From Andalucia godoyi And28 (lineage: Eukaryota; Protista; Jakobida): 64,000 bases of DNA. The notes beneath the pieces are model-generated. The model saw only the letters and a program-made list of their open reading frames with translations. It was not told the origin of the DNA and ran no database searches. Location of the stretch: contig VRVR01000061.1 of NCBI GenBank assembly GCA_009859145.1, positions 1 to 64,000 on the forward strand, written 5' to 3'. Positions 54,055 through 64,000 of this stretch are shown here, piece by piece (within the stretch, counting starts at the first letter, position 1; every line of letters starts with the position of its first letter). The position numbers and the translations under genes were made by a program.

Positions 54055-55095
54055 ATGTCGCGACCTGAGCATGCGGCGCCGCCAGAGATTGTATGTGTAT
54101 TGCTTCTTATGATTGGTGGGGTGTCTCCATTCGGCGACAGAGATTTGCGGATAGGAAGAATGCGTGTTGTAAATGATCCTAATGCGAGTTATTTGCTGTA
54201 TTGGCTTTGCTTGATGGGTTTTCTTGATTGGTTTGGATTCATGAATTCGCAGTTTTACAATGTTGACGAGGCCGCAAAGTATGCAATGAATTCGCGGATG
54301 ATATACATCCAGAGTGTGATGGCTGAGCGCGCGCTGCAGCTTTTGAACTTGAAGGATGAAAATGCACTGATTCTTGATATTGGGTGTGGATCTGGACTGT
54401 CTGGCGAGGTGCTGTCGAACAAGGGGCTTGCGTGGATCGGAACCGACATCTCGTCAAGCATGCTCTCAGTCGCAATGCAACGTGAAGTAGACGGAGATGT
54501 CATTCTCGGAGACATGGGCGAAGGACTGCCATTCCGCCCGGGTGTGTTCGACGGCGCAATCTCCATCTCTGCACTCCAGTGGCTGTGCAACGCAGACTTT
54601 ACAGACGCAAACCCTTACAAACGATGCATGAAGCTGTTTACAAGGCTCTACGCAGCTCTTAAAAGGGGAACGCGTGCTGTGTTCCAGTGGTATCCCGAGA
54701 ACACCAAGCAGATGGAAATGGTCACTGCTGCTGCGATGAAGTGCGGGTTTACGGGAGGTATGATCATTGACTATCCGCACTCCACGAGAGCAAAGAAGTA
54801 CTTTTTGGTTCTGTTCTGCGGTGCCTCCTCGGATCCAAGCGAGGAGGCGCCAAAAGCACTTGGGACGAACGGAGAAGAACCGGACGAAGGAGACGCCGGC
54901 GCAGAAGGCGAGGGTGCACCGACCTCTGCGTCTGTTCTCGGGGCATCCAGAAGGAGAGTATCAAGGAGAGGGAAAAAGGTTTCAGTCAAGTCCAGGGAGT
55001 GGATCCAGAGCAAGAAGGACAGACAACGCAGACAAGGAAAGGAAGTGAGAAGCGACTCCAAGTACACTGGCAGAAAACGCAAGGGAAAGTTCTAA
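54055..55095 (+). CDS. BUD23: 18S rRNA m7G methyltransferase, join(54055..54090,54253..55095)
   Basis: MSRPEHAAPPEI spliced to FYNVDEAAKY via a 162-nt GTATGT...GCAG intron; LDIGCGSGLSG; C-terminal DSKYTGRKRK. Confidence 0.95.
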   Translation: MSRPEHAAPPEIVCVLLLMIGGVSPFGDRDLRIGRMRVVNDPNASYLLYWLCLMGFLDWFGFMNSQFYNVDEAAKYAMNSRMIYIQSVMAERALQLLNLKDENALILDIGCGSGLSGEVLSNKGLAWIGTDISSSMLSVAMQREVDGDVILGDMGEGLPFRPGVFDGAISISALQWLCNADFTDANPYKRCMKLFTRLYAALKRGTRAVFQWYPENTKQMEMVTAAAMKCGFTGGMIIDYPHSTRAKKYFLVLFCGASSDPSEEAPKALGTNGEEPDEGDAGAEGEGAPTSASVLGASRRRVSRRGKKVSVKSREWIQSKKDRQRRQGKEVRSDSKYTGRKRKGKF

Positions 55096-55248
55096 CACTC
55101 AGCGTGAATGCTGTGTGGTGCAGACGTACAGCATGGCTCAACTTTACATGATTTACATTTGACGAAAGGGGAAAGGGGGACTAATTAATTAATTAAAAAT
55201 AAAAAATAAAAAAAGAGGCAAGATATAAAATACTGCGAAGCTTCAGAT

Positions 55249-57330
55249 CTAGTGATAGCGCGCATCGTCGGAAGCCCATTCATCACCCCAGTATTCATCC
55301 GACTCGACAGCATCTCCGCCAGGATGCGCATTGTCGTCGGCATAGTCGACATATCCCTCTGCCGTGTATGCGTCACCAGCATCGTCGCCGTCGTCATCGT
55401 CTGCTGCTGCATATGCCTGGTTTGCACGGACGAAATGAGACGTTCCGTCCGGGAAGCGGATTTCCTTGTCGCCAGCCGGATAGTGCTTCTCAATCTGGCC
55501 GTTCTCAAAATAGTAGATTTGGACACCATCTGGATACGAAACATGCGTCGTTTTGGGTTTCGCATAGTAGTACTCGCATCGATCTGCATACTTTGTCTTT
55601 GAATCTCCATTGTGAAAGTACGTGACCGTGCGGTCTGCATGCTTCTCCACCCGCGTGCCCACAGGAAACAGGACAACCTCACAATGCTCAAACACAAACA
55701 CCGATTTTGAATTTCCTTTCTGTGCTGACAAGAGCCTGCCAAACGAGGCGTCCGGCGCAAATCCAAAGTCTTGCGGTCGCAAATTGGATGCGGCTGTCGA
55801 TTTGCTGGACACTGAAGCACCGGCAACAGCAGCAGCAGCAGAAGAAGAAGAAGGAGGAGGAGGGCGAAGAGGGCCAGAAGACTGTGTCAATGACGATGAC
55901 GTTAATATTGCAGACGACGTCGGTAAGAATGTGGACGGTGGGGCACCAGACGCCAGCTCCTGCCTCTGCTCTGCGATTGACAGAGGTTTCTGAGCAATCT
56001 TTCTCCATTTGTCCTTCCACTCTTTCTCGCGCTTGGACCAATCCTTTTCCTTTTCCGCAATCTCCTTTTCCTTTGCTGCAATCTGCTGCTCAAGCTGAGA
56101 GATCTTTTCTTTTTGAAACGCGACCTGTCTCTGCAGCCGATCCACTGCCATTTTGTGCTTGGATGCCGCGTCCTTTTGAAGCTTGTCCATTTCGGCGACT
56201 TTCTCACGCAGCGCAGCCAGCTCAGCATCATTCGACGTCTTTGAGTTTGCGGACATCACTTGCAGCGATCTCTTCTCTCTCTCAACGGCCGCTTTCTCCT
56301 TTCGAATCTTCTCACTCTCTGCTTCTCGGAACCGAATAAACTCGTTGCGCTCCGCCTCTAGCTTCTTGGAGGCCTCCAGTTTCTCGATGTTGATCTTTTC
56401 AATTTTCGATTCATATAATTCCCTGGTCTTCCTCAGGCTTTCAATCTCGGACAACAGCGTCGTTTCCTTGTCGAGAATATCCAGCACATCCTCCGGTGCA
56501 TGATGCACTTCCTTTGCATGATGAATCTGCGATGCGCCAGCAGCAGGTGGCTTTCCCGAACTTGCTGACTGCCGAACCACCGGTTGTTGTGCGTGCTGTT
56601 GCTGCTGCGGATGGTGTGCATGAGCCATTCTGCTCATTGGAAGCATCGACGCCTGGGAAGCAGGCCTTGATGCAGCAGGCGGCTTACCATAGCTCGTAAG
56701 CATTCTCCTGTGATCTTCAGCTTCATCCAACGAAGACTCTACGCTTTCATCATGATCAATGCCCACATCATCATTCCCGCTCCTGGCATCCTCATCTGCT
56801 CTCTGCTCGTCCTCTCCCTCGTCTTTTTGTGGCCACTGGCGTTGGTGTTCGTGCTGATGCTGATGCTGATGCTGATGCTGGTGATGGCCATTTTCGATGT
56901 GATAACTATGCTCCGCTGCTTCACCGTCGTAATCATCCGACTCGACATGGTCTGCGAATCCAGAAGGTCGGAATGTCGAATATGTGTGATTGCGTGCGAA
57001 CGACTCGCCCAACTCATCAGCACCCTCCTCCTCGGACTCGGCGCCCTCCTCTCCCGACTCTTCATTCTGCCACACATTTGTGTTCTGCGATTTCGCTGGA
57101 TTTCGAAGAGGCTGCTGAACTGGAGACGCGGCGACCCGCGAAGAACCAGGACGTGATCCTGGCGTCTGCCGCTCTTGTTGCTCACGCAGCTTGCGCTCCA
57201 ATAGCTCCTCAAACGACAGTCCGGTTGCGCGAATCGGCTGCGCGTCCAACGGCTGGGAATCCACGCCAAGCGACTCATACGCTGATGATATTCGATCCAG
57301 CAAATCATCCGGCCCGCCAGACATCATCAT
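55249..57330 (-). CDS. CENPJ: Centriole protein SAS-4/CPAP (Tcp10_C G-box)
   Basis: N-terminal [10 protein letters not shown] (PN2-3-like), central coiled coil, C-terminal YFHNGDSK...YPDG...[23 protein letters not shown]. Confidence 0.9.
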   Translation of the reverse strand: MMMSGGPDDLLDRISSAYESLGVDSQPLDAQPIRATGLSFEELLERKLREQQERQTPGSRPGSSRVAASPVQQPLRNPAKSQNTNVWQNEESGEEGAESEEEGADELGESFARNHTYSTFRPSGFADHVESDDYDGEAAEHSYHIENGHHQHQHQHQHQHEHQRQWPQKDEGEDEQRADEDARSGNDDVGIDHDESVESSLDEAEDHRRMLTSYGKPPAASRPASQASMLPMSRMAHAHHPQQQQHAQQPVVRQSASSGKPPAAGASQIHHAKEVHHAPEDVLDILDKETTLLSEIESLRKTRELYESKIEKINIEKLEASKKLEAERNEFIRFREAESEKIRKEKAAVEREKRSLQVMSANSKTSNDAELAALREKVAEMDKLQKDAASKHKMAVDRLQRQVAFQKEKISQLEQQIAAKEKEIAEKEKDWSKREKEWKDKWRKIAQKPLSIAEQRQELASGAPPSTFLPTSSAILTSSSLTQSSGPLRPPPPSSSSAAAAVAGASVSSKSTAASNLRPQDFGFAPDASFGRLLSAQKGNSKSVFVFEHCEVVLFPVGTRVEKHADRTVTYFHNGDSKTKYADRCEYYYAKPKTTHVSYPDGVQIYYFENGQIEKHYPAGDKEIRFPDGTSHFVRANQAYAAADDDDGDDAGDAYTAEGYVDYADDNAHPGGDAVESDEYWGDEWASDDARYH

Positions 57331-58219
57331 TCCACGAAAATCTCAAACTAGATCACAAAAACAAAAACGAAAACTTTTTTCAACCTGAATTAAATTAAAT
57401 TAAGAAGCAAAAGAAGAAAAGGTTGGAAAAACAAATCAAATAAGCATACTTCATCCTTGGAAAAATAGACAGACCGAAATATAATAAAACACGAAACCTG
57501 GAAAATATCAAAAGACAAACGACTCGGGCGGGAATGTCGATAGCCCATTTTTTGCTGCTTTAATAATTTTTTGTTTTTTTTTTTACAGCAGGAAACAGAA
57601 GTGTGGAGAGAAAAACGCACACCTTTCCGTGTTCAACGAAAGGCATAGCTGTTTCTACTCGCTGCCTGAATTCTGTGATGGGATGTGTCACAAGCGTCGT
57701 GCGTTTCTGACTGAAAGACAACTGGTCTTTTGGAAGGAAGAATTAGAGTGGTATCCAGTGAATCTAAAACATGGACTCGCGGATGCCTTTGAAGGATAAT
57801 GCTATAACCGTCTCTTCTGTGATGCAATGAATGGCTGTTGCTGGCTACAGCCATAAGGTTGACGATTACTTGACGACCATGCATCCATTCTGAGAAAATT
57901 TACCGTTGTAAGTTTGTGCTTAGATATGTCACTGTAAACATGTAAGTAACTAACTATGCCGCTTGATCATCATTGGGTAAGGTGTCGCAGAAGACAGATC
58001 CAAGCCACGTGTTCTTTGTTTTTATTTTGGGGGGCGAGCACCAACTCTGCATCAAAAGGGTCATCGCAACCAACATGTTCCCCCGATCGATTCAGCATTC
58101 AAAATTGAACGTCGCTCGCAAACTGCGTTGGTCGGGCGGATGCGAATACTCGCATTCCGAACGCGCAATCGAACACACATCTCCGTGGTTCGATGATCAT
58201 CAGCTTGCTCGGCAAGTTG

Positions 58220-58406
58220 CGACGAGAGGGGGATCAACGGGTTTCTTTGGTTCTCGGCATCTTCGGGCATGGCCGGTTTGAGTTTGCTGGGAAGTCCCCC
58301 TCTATGGAGCCATGTGATGTTTTGTCTGCTTGAGGGGTCGATAGTAAACCACAGCCAAACAGAAAATAGCTGAAAGAAGAATGGGCTTGACTACGGTAGG
58401 AAGATC
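58220..58406 (+). repeat. Dispersed ~190-bp repeat, copy 3
   Basis: Homologous to 9082..9305 and, inverted, to 53415..53487. Confidence 0.88.
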
Positions 58407-58567
58407 ACATTGTTCTGATGGTCAATGTTGATGCACAACGCTGCCAGCCGTCTTTTCTCGTTCCTGCCAAAAGAGCGGAAAACAGAAGACGAGCGCGTGG
58501 ACACTGGACAGCTCTTCAGAAGAAGCTGGCATAAAAAGGCATTTTTCCTTTTCATGATACTGACGAA

Positions 58568-59407
58568 ATGGTGATGATGTTGCAACGGATGTTCGATCAG
58601 TTGATGCGAGTTTCATTTCGTGGAACTGGAGCCTCTGTGGCATTTGTCGTGTGCAACATCCTCGTGTGCATTTGCAGCATTTTGTTTGGCTGCTTCATTG
58701 TATTTCCAAGTCTGCAAGAAAACACCATTATTTTCATCGCCATGGTTGCGTTGACCATATACGTTATTTTGGTGTCAGCGTTTGTGATTCTGCTGTTTGC
58801 TGCGTGGAACCGCGCCGCACGGACGTCGCACATCTCGCACAAGCATGACTGGATCGTGAAGTACAACCTCGTCTTGCTGTGCATCCTGACCGGCGTTGAT
58901 TTGTCATCAACTCCCTTGGCAGGCATTTTCATCAGCCCGATCTTCCTTGTATTCGACGAGCTGGCCGTGGTTTTCACTTACGCCATCACTGCGTCTGCGT
59001 TTGCGTACATCGATGTGCTGTGGTACTATCCGATCGTGACTCGGCGGATCCATGCCTGGCAAATACGCCTGGTCTACGCAAATGTGTCGCTGCTGCTCTT
59101 TGTTCTTGCGCTGATTAATCTGCTGTACGAATTCTCAGGATACTTGGTGCTACCTTCCGATTCCAACGAGTCTCTCGCGCTGCGCATATTCTTCCTCGCG
59201 TGCATCGTTCTGCGCCTCAAAGTCTACCCGGTTGTGCTTCAGGTGTTCATCCACAAGATGATGTGGCCTGAGAGACTGGTGGTGGCTAGAGAAACAAAAA
59301 CGGCTGCGGTCTTTTGGAAGAATGCAGCGCTCTCGGTCTCGGAACCCGTCGCAACGCAACTGCACGTGATGTTGCTCGACGAAGAAGAATCCCGTGAGCT
59401 GCCGTAG
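58568..59407 (+). CDS. Uncharacterised multi-pass (6-7 TM) membrane protein
   Basis: 279-aa ORF with successive hydrophobic helices. Confidence 0.75.
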   Translation: MVMMLQRMFDQLMRVSFRGTGASVAFVVCNILVCICSILFGCFIVFPSLQENTIIFIAMVALTIYVILVSAFVILLFAAWNRAARTSHISHKHDWIVKYNLVLLCILTGVDLSSTPLAGIFISPIFLVFDELAVVFTYAITASAFAYIDVLWYYPIVTRRIHAWQIRLVYANVSLLLFVLALINLLYEFSGYLVLPSDSNESLALRIFFLACIVLRLKVYPVVLQVFIHKMMWPERLVVARETKTAAVFWKNAALSVSEPVATQLHVMLLDEEESRELP

Positions 59408-59641
59408 CCAAGGAAGGCAAGGCTTTCTTCTCCCTTATGCCATCGGAGTCGACAGCATTCAATATCCGATATTCGACAAAATCGGCAGTCGGACTCACAA
59501 CTCGAGGAAATAATCCGATAACGTCTCTTCTTGCTCTTCTTCCTTTTGTTTGACTGATTGGTTTTGTTTTTTTCCTTTAACACGAATATATTTGCATTGT
59601 CCAGTATTGCAAAGAAAAAGAGAGGGTGGGCCAGAGAGGGA

Positions 59642-62536
59642 ATGCGGCTCTCGATTTTGCAGTGTTCCGGTGATGCGCCGAGTGCAAGGTTTGCGCATGC
59701 AACCTGCTTTGCACCAGCGCAGCATGACAATTCGTCTGCGATGTTTATTGTTTCTTGCGGCTTTGAGTCGGGGCGATTGAGCCGAGGATGTTCCAAGTCA
59801 ATGCATGCTTTGGACTCTCACAATGACCAGTGGACGGATTTATCGGCACTTCCTCCGCAAACGCCTTCCTCCGCCACAGAATCCACCATTGGTGCTACTG
59901 TTGGTGGCTCTAATTCGATTCTTCCAATGTCTCCGAAAACTGGAGTTTCCGAAGGCCCGACTGCTCGAATGCGGCATTCGGTTGTATGTACAAATGGGCA
60001 GCTCATCGTGTTTGGCGGCATTGACGGAATGCAAGATGCGCTGAATGACACATGGTCGTTTGATCTTGGGAAGCGGGAGTGGAAGCTCATGTTTCCTGTC
60101 TCTGCAATTCGACACATGTGGAGAATATCAAAGTATCCGTCCCCCCGCTATGGACATGTCTGCTTTGTTGTGCGGTCTGACACGGGAGAGCCATTCATGT
60201 TTCTGATGGGTGGCGTCAACCGTGAAGGGCATGTGCAACGAGATCTGTGGTGTCTGGCCATCAACAGCAAAATGTGGATACGACTTTTTCCTCCCGCCCC
60301 AGGTGATCCGTTCGCAAATGTTGTCAGTGCTGTTCAGAGCGTCAAGGCCAAGCTTGCCAACAAGGAGACCCCGGAAGAAAGGTCGGAAAGAGAAGCCCGA
60401 GTGAAGGAGCAGGAGGAAATGCTACTCGATGTTCCGTCGGTCTACTCGTCGGTCGCGTGCGTCGGGCCGAACGATGTATATATTTATGGAGGAGATCATC
60501 GAACGGACCTTTTTCACTTGCGAGTAATTATGCAATCGACAGCATCCCCTGCACCCGCACCTGGTCCTTCTGGTTCACCAGATGGGAAATCCAGCAGGAA
60601 TGCAAAGCCGGCTCCGAGGGCTCCGCTGCTGCCCGGTGAAAAGACGTTTCCTATGGGAGATACTGTGCTGCGACTGCATGTGCGGAAATTGACGCCGGCA
60701 CCGGCTGGAGTTTCGTCGGCTGCCTTCATCCCATATGGGCCTAACATCATCTTGTATGGGGGGACCAATCAATACGAAGCTGCATCCAACCACATGTTTG
60801 TGTATTCCGTTCCTTTTGATGTGTGGAGTGTTGTTCCTCTGCAATCTGCATCCGGCGTCTCTTGTCCGGCTCTGGATTCGCTGGCTGGTGCGTATGATTC
60901 ATACAAGCGTCGGATCTTGTTTTTTGGAGGCAGAGACAAGAACACGTTTGTGTCGCACGTCATGTCCTTTGAATATCACACAAGCTTTGTTTTCAGTCCG
61001 GCGCTTTGCACTGCTGTTGGATGTCTCCCGTACATGCGCAAGCACAATATGAGTCGCCCGATTGACGACGTATTAAAGGAGGAACGGCGTGAGGTGGTGA
61101 GAAAGCAGATTGGCGACCTCTTTGCGGCCAGAGTTTCAATTCGGAACCTGAAAGACTTTGGCAGTGCGTTGAACGCCATCATTGGACCGTTTGTGTCGGT
61201 TGCAGTCGAGCAGGGCGGTGCTGCGCGCCGGCGAATGACGCTGCGAACCATGGCGGAGGCCATGTGGCAGGCTCCGCTTTATTCACTTTCCTCGCATCCG
61301 AAATCTCCACGAAAGGGTGCAAGCGTCCCGGGGTCTCCTCAGGTCTTGTTTAGTGGCCCGTTTCCGCCAGGCTATGCAAGACCCGATGGATCTGCTACTG
61401 TGGAGGAAAGCATCCTTCAGTCCATTGCGAAGACCAAGCGGGTCCGCCGAGTAGTTCACAAAATCAAAAAGACTGCCCCTCCTCCTGAACTCGTCTTGTT
61501 CGACGAGATGACGAAAAAGTTGGCGATCAAGGCACCGCTTTCTCAGAGAAGGAGTTTGTCGCTTGGTATGTCGCGCCAAGAAGACGATGGGCTGGGGCGT
61601 GAACTGTCTTTGAATCCCCAAAAGAATACCAAGATGAGAAATCCAAAGGGAAAAGCTGTGGGCTTTTCAGTGAAGCACGCAATGGATTCCGATGCGGACT
61701 CGGGTGAAGCGGAGTCTTCGTCGTCGGATTCCGAGTACGAATACCACGTGGAGGAGATAGTCGAGAGTGACGACGATTTCGATGAGTCCATTCGCGTTGA
61801 CCAGTCTGCGCAACAGCTACGAGCGAGCACCGTATATCGGTCGCAAGGTCGTGGTACGTCGTCTGGCCGCTCGCGATCGTCTTCCATTTCTGCTAATCGA
61901 TCTCGCGGGGCTGTTGAGGAAGATGAGGAGCTTCGTCGCCGAGAAGAAGTTGAAAAGGTGAAGGACATTGCACGTTCCGTTTGTCGAAAGCCAGCTGTCA
62001 GCCCTCCGGCTTCTGCCAGTTCTGCCCGCGATGTCATGGCCAAACGCCTTGAAGCATTCCGGCTTGTTAGCTCCGAGACTTCCAATAACACATTCGCCCT
62101 CAATCATCCAAAGCCACCTCGTCGGTTTTCTGTGAATGTGAATGAAGATGTGTATGCTCCGTTGCGGAAACTGCGAAGAGCAGAGTTTTCGAACCATTTG
62201 AACGAGCTGGAGCTGCAGTTTCACCAAAGAGTGGACGAACGTGCTGTGCATTTGATTGCAGTCCCGGAGTACAACGTTGGTGTTAAAATTGTAAGGCAGG
62301 AGGAGATGCCGTCAAAACGGTCTACGTCTCCGGAAGATTGGAAGAAGCGATTCAAGGAAAACCTGGAGGAAATGAGGGCCAAGCAACGTGGACAAATACC
62401 GACAAAGAGGAAAACGCGCGTCATGTCCGCGCGCGACGTGGTTCATGCAGATATTGATGCGCACACGGAAAAGTTGGCTCATCTAGGAATGCGAGAGAGT
62501 CGTTCTAAACATTCGAGAACACTTTCTGCTCGCTGA
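59642..62536 (+). CDS. Kelch-repeat protein with long C-terminal low-complexity region
   Basis: PSARFAH, LIVFGG...NDTWSFD, PSPRYGH, FLMGG, YIYGG, ILYGG, LFFGG repeats. Confidence 0.85.
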   Translation: MRLSILQCSGDAPSARFAHATCFAPAQHDNSSAMFIVSCGFESGRLSRGCSKSMHALDSHNDQWTDLSALPPQTPSSATESTIGATVGGSNSILPMSPKTGVSEGPTARMRHSVVCTNGQLIVFGGIDGMQDALNDTWSFDLGKREWKLMFPVSAIRHMWRISKYPSPRYGHVCFVVRSDTGEPFMFLMGGVNREGHVQRDLWCLAINSKMWIRLFPPAPGDPFANVVSAVQSVKAKLANKETPEERSEREARVKEQEEMLLDVPSVYSSVACVGPNDVYIYGGDHRTDLFHLRVIMQSTASPAPAPGPSGSPDGKSSRNAKPAPRAPLLPGEKTFPMGDTVLRLHVRKLTPAPAGVSSAAFIPYGPNIILYGGTNQYEAASNHMFVYSVPFDVWSVVPLQSASGVSCPALDSLAGAYDSYKRRILFFGGRDKNTFVSHVMSFEYHTSFVFSPALCTAVGCLPYMRKHNMSRPIDDVLKEERREVVRKQIGDLFAARVSIRNLKDFGSALNAIIGPFVSVAVEQGGAARRRMTLRTMAEAMWQAPLYSLSSHPKSPRKGASVPGSPQVLFSGPFPPGYARPDGSATVEESILQSIAKTKRVRRVVHKIKKTAPPPELVLFDEMTKKLAIKAPLSQRRSLSLGMSRQEDDGLGRELSLNPQKNTKMRNPKGKAVGFSVKHAMDSDADSGEAESSSSDSEYEYHVEEIVESDDDFDESIRVDQSAQQLRASTVYRSQGRGTSSGRSRSSSISANRSRGAVEEDEELRRREEVEKVKDIARSVCRKPAVSPPASASSARDVMAKRLEAFRLVSSETSNNTFALNHPKPPRRFSVNVNEDVYAPLRKLRRAEFSNHLNELELQFHQRVDERAVHLIAVPEYNVGVKIVRQEEMPSKRSTSPEDWKKRFKENLEEMRAKQRGQIPTKRKTRVMSARDVVHADIDAHTEKLAHLGMRESRSKHSRTLSAR

Positions 62537-62990
62537 TTATTATTATTATTATTTTTTCTTCCATTTTTTGATTATTTATTTGTATATTTCTATTTTGATT
62601 ATTTATTTTTAAATTTATTTATGGTTTTTGTTTCTCTCTCCGTGCAGTTTCAAATCCATGTTTTTGTTTGCGGTTGAAATGAACGCCTGTGATAGCATTG
62701 CATCAATACGAATTGGCTCTAATACGGGTACAATAATGCAATGCTGCATGACAATCGATCCTACGAAAATCAGTCATCTAGTGGGCAAGCCCCAGTTCAC
62801 ACAAGTGCCTGCGCGCACCGTGTTGTTCAAAGCGATATTGCACGCACCATTCCAACTGCAGTCCACCTGATTCACCATCTGTCACCGAAGTGTGAGGCTG
62901 GGGATGTGCCGGCTGTACGCACACGGAAACACTGGGACGCGCTGTTTTCTTCCATGATCAGGTTGTCGGGAGGTTCCTCGCTTAGGAAGG

Positions 62991-63075
62991 GCACGTGTGG
63001 CCGAGTTGGTCTAAGGCGGTCGACTCAAGTTCGACTCTTCATTCGAGGGCCTGGGTTCGAATCCCAGCGCGTGCA
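62991..63075 (+). tRNA. tRNA-Leu(CAA), identical to the 17749..17833 copy
   Basis: Same 85-nt sequence followed by AGTAA and a T-run. Confidence 0.95.
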
Positions 63076-63685
63076 AGTAATTTTTTTTATTTTTTTTAAT
63101 AACCATTATTTCTCCTTTCCAAATACTGTCCACTTTTGCTCAGCATGCTGGAGACTTGTTTCCCATGATCAGGAAGCCAGGGCATTGCTCCCTGGGTGGT
63201 TCAACGTAGCGGGGCTCAGTGCTTGGGAAACAGAGGAGGGAATGATCTGCCTTCCTTCCCCCTCCCCTCTCCCGTAAAAGTCCGATGTTCAGCCTCTGAA
63301 AAACAGATGTGTCTGTCAAGGCTCCCGAGTCTGCTCGGACCGTCATTTTGATCCGTTTGACCCAATCAGGACTCTGCTGGCACAGTCATTCACGAGGCAG
63401 AAAAAAAACACTGCAAAACCGTTTCCAACTTCCCCAATGGAAACGTTTTGTCTTTTTGAAAGGGAGGGGAAAAGAAGAAGAAGAAAATTAAACAGATTAT
63501 TTGTCTGACTGTTCATCATTGTTTTTCTCACGTTGGCTCAGTCATCAATAACAATAGGAGGTGGCTGATTTATATATATATATATATATACCATTGTGTT
63601 TATATACGTGTTTTGTTTTTTGGTTTTGTTTTTTTGCATGTACTTATGACATATTGAATCATTGTCGTCCCGATAGTCTAAAGTC

Positions 63686-64000
63686 ATGATGATGATGCCT
63701 CCACAGTCTAGATCCCCTGGGCTCCGATCGACGTCTCCGGGCCCGACATCTCCGGCATCTCTGATCAAGAACACTCCTGTGAATGAGCGAGAAGAGAGCT
63801 TTCGCCAGTGCCTGTCGATCTATGAAGTGTTTTCGCTGAACGAAGGTCCGTTTTCAGCGTGTCCGGTTCGACTAGCGGATACGCTGCTGTTTGATAAAGG
63901 ATCGCCAATTGTGTGGTATTCACATGGGACTTCGCAAGGGCTCGTGGTTTCCAAGTTGGCGGAAGGAAACTTCGAGAATCCAGACATGGTCCTGGACGCA
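63686..64000 (+). CDS. Partial uncharacterised protein, open at window end
   Basis: MMMMPPQSRSP...DTLLFDKGSPIVWYSHG..., 105 codons without a stop. Confidence 0.65.
   Translation, partial: MMMMPPQSRSPGLRSTSPGPTSPASLIKNTPVNEREESFRQCLSIYEVFSLNEGPFSACPVRLADTLLFDKGSPIVWYSHGTSQGLVVSKLAEGNFENPDMVLDA

Noticed and set aside
62590-62880. Protein-like minus-strand frame interrupted by one TGA (pseudogene or selenoprotein?)
   Set aside because: Short, no recognisable homology and no SECIS evident.

Overview
Gene-dense, intron-poor nuclear DNA from a unicellular flagellated eukaryote (standard code, GT-AG introns, SAS-4/CENPJ, a mitochondrial-type GGQ release factor, microsatellite-rich intergenic DNA); species not identifiable. 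(1) Bases 1-~7470 form a lower-GC, microsatellite-free block. It holds a CACTA/EnSpm-type transposase running off the left edge (missed by the ORF track), a divergent 4-exon accessory gene with 25-67 nt introns, a 660-aa orphan, a small R-S-H ADP-ribosyltransferase-like ORF and a candidate CACTAC terminus. (2) At 9.5-13.5 kb three adjacent genes encode consecutive lower kynurenine-pathway steps: 2-aminomuconate deaminase, ACMSD and an ALDH8A1-type dehydrogenase. (3) The rest is housekeeping and signalling genes (cathepsin B, SNU13, MTRFR, PDCL3, hybrid His kinase, AMSH, V-ATPase H, UTP15, ABCF3, SDR, BUD23, SAS-4, TPR, Kelch), three tRNAs and a dispersed repeat in three copies. Oddities include an MHYT-adenylate cyclase, a signal-peptide/KTEL SET protein lacking its catalytic Tyr, and a sirtuin without zinc cysteines. 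All calls are by-eye motif recognition; no searches were run.
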